From contig NZ_CP047931.1 of the NCBI RefSeq assembly GCF_014280175.1, forward strand, positions 1,020,001-1,052,000: a DNA stretch of 32,000 bases, in the 5' to 3' direction. Position 1 is the first letter of the stretch. Every line of letters begins with the position of its first letter. This document shows, piece after piece, positions 28,304-32,000 of the stretch. Under the pieces are notes generated by a model. It worked only from the letters and a program-made list of their open reading frames with translations, was not told where the DNA came from and did no database searches. This DNA comes from Synechococcus sp. A15-28 (lineage in GTDB: Bacteria; Cyanobacteriota; Cyanobacteriia; PCC-6307; Cyanobiaceae). Position numbers and translations under genes: made by a program.

Positions 28304-29023
28304 ATGATCTGGATTCACGCTCTGCTGCTCAACACCGTCCTGATCGCAGGGGCCCAGCGAGCGCCGCTGCTCACCCCCGTCGGTTGGGTCCATGCCGGAG
28401 CGCTGGGAACGATCCTCTGGGGTTGTCTCGGCTGGCGGGGATGGGTGGCCGTGGTGGCGTATCTGGTGCTGGGCAGCCTGGTGACCAGGCTCGGCCTGCG
28501 TCAGAAGGAAGCGCTCGGACTCGCTGAAGCCAGGGGGGGACGCCGTGGCCCGGAAAACGTCTGGGGATCAGCCGCCACCGGGGCATGTCTGGCCCTTCTG
28601 ATCGGTGCAGGTGTGGAACCCCAACCTCTGTTGTTGGTTGGTTTTGCGGCCAGTTTCGCCGCCAAGCTCGCCGATACCTTCGGGAGCGAGATCGGCAAGC
28701 GCTGGGGCCGCAGGGCGGTGCTGATCACGACCCTGCGGCCTGTGCCCCCTGGCACCGAAGGAGCCATCAGCCTGGCGGGGACCCTCGCCAGTGCCGCCGG
28801 CAGCGTGGTGATGACCCTGGTGATGTGGCAACTGCAGCTGCTGCCGTCGTTCAGCATCAGCCTGGTGGTGATGCTGATCGGTCTGGTGGCGACCCTGGCG
28901 GAGAGTCTGCTGGGTGCTGTCGCTCAGGATCGAATCAGTTGGCTGAGCAATGAGTTGGTCAATGCCCTGCAGACGCTGCTGGCCGCCCTCATGGCGATGC
29001 TGTTGATGGTCGGCAGGATCTGA
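28304..29023 (+). CDS. DUF92 / TIGR00297 family membrane protein (VTE6, phytyl-phosphate kinase-like)
   Basis: GLRQKEALGLAEARGGRRGPENVWGSAATGACLALL...FAASFAAKLADTFGSEIGKRWGRRAVLITTLRPVPPGTEGAISLAGTLAS. Confidence 0.88.
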   Translation: MIWIHALLLNTVLIAGAQRAPLLTPVGWVHAGALGTILWGCLGWRGWVAVVAYLVLGSLVTRLGLRQKEALGLAEARGGRRGPENVWGSAATGACLALLIGAGVEPQPLLLVGFAASFAAKLADTFGSEIGKRWGRRAVLITTLRPVPPGTEGAISLAGTLASAAGSVVMTLVMWQLQLLPSFSISLVVMLIGLVATLAESLLGAVAQDRISWLSNELVNALQTLLAALMAMLLMVGRI

Positions 29024-29735
29024 ACGGCAGCAGACCGTCCTGCTCTGCCAACCGCTGAAGGAGCTTGATCGCGTTTCGGATGGACTTGCGCAGCTGATGT
29101 TGCGGCACGCCGGTGGCCGACGCGATTGTTCGCACATTGTCCCCTTTGATGAAGTGGCGGTGCAGCAACTGCCGTTGCTGTGGCTTCAGCAGTTGCAGAG
29201 CGCCGTCCAACCAGCGTTGTTCCTGATCGTCATGGTCCGGGCCTGCTCCCTGCTCGTGGATCGCGCTTATGGGCACCATCCGTTGCGCCTGCTGGCTGCT
29301 GCAGGCCTTCCGCCAGCGCTGAGCCGTGATCTGGAGAGCGGCGGCCAGTTCCATGTCCGAGAGGGGCGGCCGACCAGCCTGGATCTGGACTTGCTGCAGC
29401 TTCTGGCCTTTGACGTAGGTGTCGCGCAGCCGCCAGGGGACGCGAATCGTGCTGGCCCGATCCCGGCGGAAATGGAGCACCTGACCGTTGGCAGCGCTGC
29501 TCACAAATGTTGATGGCTTATGACCGCGCTGAGGTTCAAATCGCTCCCATCCGCGGATCAGACCCACACGGGCCTCCTGTTCCAGGTCGTCCCGCTCTTC
29601 TGGTCCCCGCTGGATCTGGCGAGAGGCGATCATCCCGGCGATGCCGAGATAATTCAGAACGTTGATGTTGCGTCGCTGGAGCTCAGGGGGAAGATTCCGC
29701 CGCTGCTCGCGTCGCTGCCATCCGGAAGTGTTCAT
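28989..29735 (-). CDS. RNA polymerase sigma factor, group 3-like
   Basis: Region 2-like ERDDLEQEARVGLIRGWERFEPQRGHKPSTFVSSAANGQVLHFRRDRASTIRVPWRLRD; region 3/4-like segments follow. 248 aa. Confidence 0.88.
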   Translation of the reverse strand: MNTSGWQRREQRRNLPPELQRRNINVLNYLGIAGMIASRQIQRGPEERDDLEQEARVGLIRGWERFEPQRGHKPSTFVSSAANGQVLHFRRDRASTIRVPWRLRDTYVKGQKLQQVQIQAGRPPLSDMELAAALQITAQRWRKACSSQQAQRMVPISAIHEQGAGPDHDDQEQRWLDGALQLLKPQQRQLLHRHFIKGDNVRTIASATGVPQHQLRKSIRNAIKLLQRLAEQDGLLPFRSCRPSTASP

Positions 29736-30020
29736 GGTGCTGAAGCAACTGTCTTCAGCGTTTGTGATTCCGGCCTGTCCGACCGCCCACCTTGGTGCCC
29801 GATCTCTGCACCAAGGTGCCGGATAGGGTCTCGCTACTCAGCAGCTCTGTGAATGGATTGGCAACCGGAGGCCCTCGCCGCTCTGAAAAAGGATGTGCCC
29901 TTCTTCGTTCGACCTGCCGTGCGTCGGCGGGTTGAGTCGATGGCCAATGAGGCGGGACGCAGCAGCATTGACCTCAGCTTTTATGCGGAGGCGAAAGCGA
30001 GCATGGCGCCCAGTTGAGGC

Positions 30021-30203
30021 TCAGGGGGTATCCAGGTCGCAACGATTCAATTCCGGCTGGGTGAGGCGATCGATGATGCGGGCCATGTCGATCGAGGTGA
30101 GTTCGCCGTTGTCGTCCCACTTGAGCGTGGTCTTCCGCTGAGCGGGAGGCTGTTGCGTCGTGGACTGTCCAGCTGTTTGCTCGAAGGAACGATCGGCCAC
30201 CAC
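30021..30203 (-). CDS. Small hypothetical protein, 60 aa
   Basis: MVADRSFEQTAGQSTTQQPPAQRKTTLKWDDNGELTSIDMARIIDRLTQPELNRCDLDTP; position plausible, no family recognised. Confidence 0.45.
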   Translation of the reverse strand: MVADRSFEQTAGQSTTQQPPAQRKTTLKWDDNGELTSIDMARIIDRLTQPELNRCDLDTP

Positions 30204-30250
30204 ATCCGAAGGTCAGGGTTCGGAGATATTAGTGGCCAAGTTGGCCGCCA

Positions 30251-30922
30251 TTACCCACGAAGCGGCGTTGTTGTGGTAAGTGGCAACAATCCTGCCCAGG
30301 TCTGCAGGGCGCTCCAGGTGCTGATGCGCTGCTGGATGAAGTGGTGCCCCTCGCCGTTGAGATGCAGGCCATCGGGTTCCATCCAGCTCAGCCAGTCGGG
30401 TTCTTCTCGCATGGACCGATGCAGTGGGAGGAACGGGATGCCGGCATCGCGACAGGTTTCAGCCAGCATCGCTTCGTGGGCCTCCACGTCCAGATTGCTG
30501 TACCAGAGGCAGTCGGCAAAGGGCATGACGTGCTCATCCACGGGTGTGAGGCCAATCACCAGGACCTGGGTCAGCGGTTTCATTTCACTGAGCAGCTGTC
30601 CCATGCCGAATCCATAGGCCTCGGTGGTCAGTTGCTGGCGGCCATCCGGCCGGCCCACCCGTGCCGTGTCGTTCAATCCGACTGCCAGCAGCACACCGTC
30701 CGGTGTCTGCCGCCGCAGCTCGCCGCGACATTGCCACTCCCCCCGCCAGCGGGCGGCCACCCGTTCCAATCCATCGCCGCGGATGCCCAGGGGATAGATC
30801 ACCGGGGCCGCCGGCAACTGCATCCACTCCAAGCGCAGGCGTTCGCACCAGCCCCCGGCCTCACGATCTCCCCAGCCATACACGCCGCTGTCGCCGATCA
30901 CCAGCAGCTGTTTGGGTTTCAT
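30251..30922 (-). CDS. SGNH/GDSL-type hydrolase
   Basis: QLLVIGDSGVYGWGD (block I), ILPL..AVGLNDTARVGR (GxND-like block), DGLHLNGEGHHFI (DxxH block). Confidence 0.88.
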   Translation of the reverse strand: MKPKQLLVIGDSGVYGWGDREAGGWCERLRLEWMQLPAAPVIYPLGIRGDGLERVAARWRGEWQCRGELRRQTPDGVLLAVGLNDTARVGRPDGRQQLTTEAYGFGMGQLLSEMKPLTQVLVIGLTPVDEHVMPFADCLWYSNLDVEAHEAMLAETCRDAGIPFLPLHRSMREEPDWLSWMEPDGLHLNGEGHHFIQQRISTWSALQTWAGLLPLTTTTPLRG

Positions 30923-31998
30923 GCCCTCTCCTGAAGCTGTTCAGAGGCCAGCTCCCCGAGGAGCGTCAGAACGGCGTACACCAGGATCAACCATCCCACC
31001 TGCGGCCAGTGAAAGGAGGACAGGGCCTCCATCAGCTGCCAGCCCAGACCGGCACCACCCACCAGACCGACCACCGCTGTATCCCGAAGAATCACATCAC
31101 TGCGGTAGGCGGCGTAGGCGAGATAGCGCCGGCTCGCTGGCGTGAGCACCCCGAACAGCCAGGCGGAGCGCCGTGGCGCGCCGAGGGCAACCATGGCCTG
31201 CTGGTGGCGGCCATCCACCCGCTCGAGTCCGTCCTCGAGCACCAGTCCCATCACGCCGCTGTGATGCAGCCCCAAAGCGAGCGCCGCCACAGCAAGGGTC
31301 GGCTTGCTGGCCAGCATCAACAACAGCGCCGTCAACGGTGGAGGCAACAATCGCATCAGCAGCCAACCAGCCTTCAGCATCCGTCCAGCACCATCATCGG
31401 GGGCGATCAACCGCAGCAACGGCGGCAGGCCGATGGCCACCCCGGAGGCGAGCACTGTGATCAGGAGCGTTCCGCCGACCAGCTCCAGCCACGGCGTCTC
31501 GACCCATGCCTGCGTGAGACCGTCTCGCAACTGAGCCCATGGAGGCCATGGGGCCCCCTGGATCCATCGGGGCAGAGAGAGGTCGTGGTTCAGTCTGTGG
31601 CTCCAGAGGAGAGTGACCAGCGGCAGCGCCAGGGTCAGCAGCAACAGGCCATGACGGGCGGAGAGCCGTCGGATCACCAGATTCATCAACGCCAGCAGCA
31701 GGGCCATCAACCACAAGCCGCTCCACAGTTCACGAAAGCGCAGGGACTGCAGGCTCAGCATCAGCTCGGTCCCCAACCCCCCCAGGCCGAAAATCCCGAG
31801 CAGCAGGGCAGATCGCAGGGCGCAGTCGAGACGGTGGCCGATGTGATCGCGCAGTGCAGCGGCCACGGGGGGCATGAGGCTGGTGAACAGATTGATCACC
31901 GCGGGGACGCCAGCGCATCGCAGGGCGATGAGCGCGGGCAGTTCCTGCTGGTCCAGCTGATCTGCCAAAACGCGGGCCAGCACAGCCGAGTAGGGCAG
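30919..31998 (-). CDS. PhnE-like ABC transporter permease, apparently two fused permease domains (truncated at window end)
   Basis: Two BPD-permease-like EAA/TM units: ALIALRCAGVPAVINLFTSLMPPVAAALRDHIGHRLDCALRSALLLGIFGLGGLGTELM and AMVALGAPRRSAWLFGVLTPASRRYLAYAAYRSDVILRDTAVVGLVGGAGLGWQLM. ATG/stop overlap with the hydrolase. True 5' end lies outside the window. Confidence 0.8.
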   Translation of the reverse strand: MPYSAVLARVLADQLDQQELPALIALRCAGVPAVINLFTSLMPPVAAALRDHIGHRLDCALRSALLLGIFGLGGLGTELMLSLQSLRFRELWSGLWLMALLLALMNLVIRRLSARHGLLLLTLALPLVTLLWSHRLNHDLSLPRWIQGAPWPPWAQLRDGLTQAWVETPWLELVGGTLLITVLASGVAIGLPPLLRLIAPDDGAGRMLKAGWLLMRLLPPPLTALLLMLASKPTLAVAALALGLHHSGVMGLVLEDGLERVDGRHQQAMVALGAPRRSAWLFGVLTPASRRYLAYAAYRSDVILRDTAVVGLVGGAGLGWQLMEALSSFHWPQVGWLILVYAVLTLLGELASEQLQERA

Positions 31999-32000
31999 AA

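Overview
The window looks like ordinary, gene-dense core chromosome of a marine picocyanobacterium (Synechococcus-like gene content and protein style). The left part is a carbon/tetrapyrrole cluster: rpe (partial), glpX-type FBPase/SBPase, hemA, glgC, gnd, pgl, then a CIA30-like protein. It is followed by ilvD, an upp-like PRTase, a lumenal pentapeptide-repeat protein, a CobW GTPase, an EamA-type transporter, two SDR proteins, an SdiA-regulated-like propeller, a LOG-family protein and a HIT protein. The right part has tRNA-Ser(UGA), class II RNR (nrdJ), a methyltransferase, prfC, a CPP1/J-like membrane protein, hslO, an ABC ATPase, a DUF3531-like protein, rsmE, a DUF92/VTE6-like protein, a group-3-type sigma factor, an SGNH hydrolase and a PhnE-like tandem permease (partial). 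The only clearly accessory-looking stretch is about 16.3-18.9 kb, abutting the tRNA-Ser 3' end. It has lower GC, small unrelated ORFs, a two-gene ribbon-helix-helix/possible GIY-YIG pair, a perfect 17-bp hairpin, a Cys-rich exported protein and an orphan reading-frame remnant next to the tRNA. I found no CRISPR array, transposase, integrase, reverse transcriptase or recognisable defence system. Nothing here amounts to strong evidence of a novel system; the 16.3-17.0 kb gene pair and the tRNA-adjacent island are the best leads.
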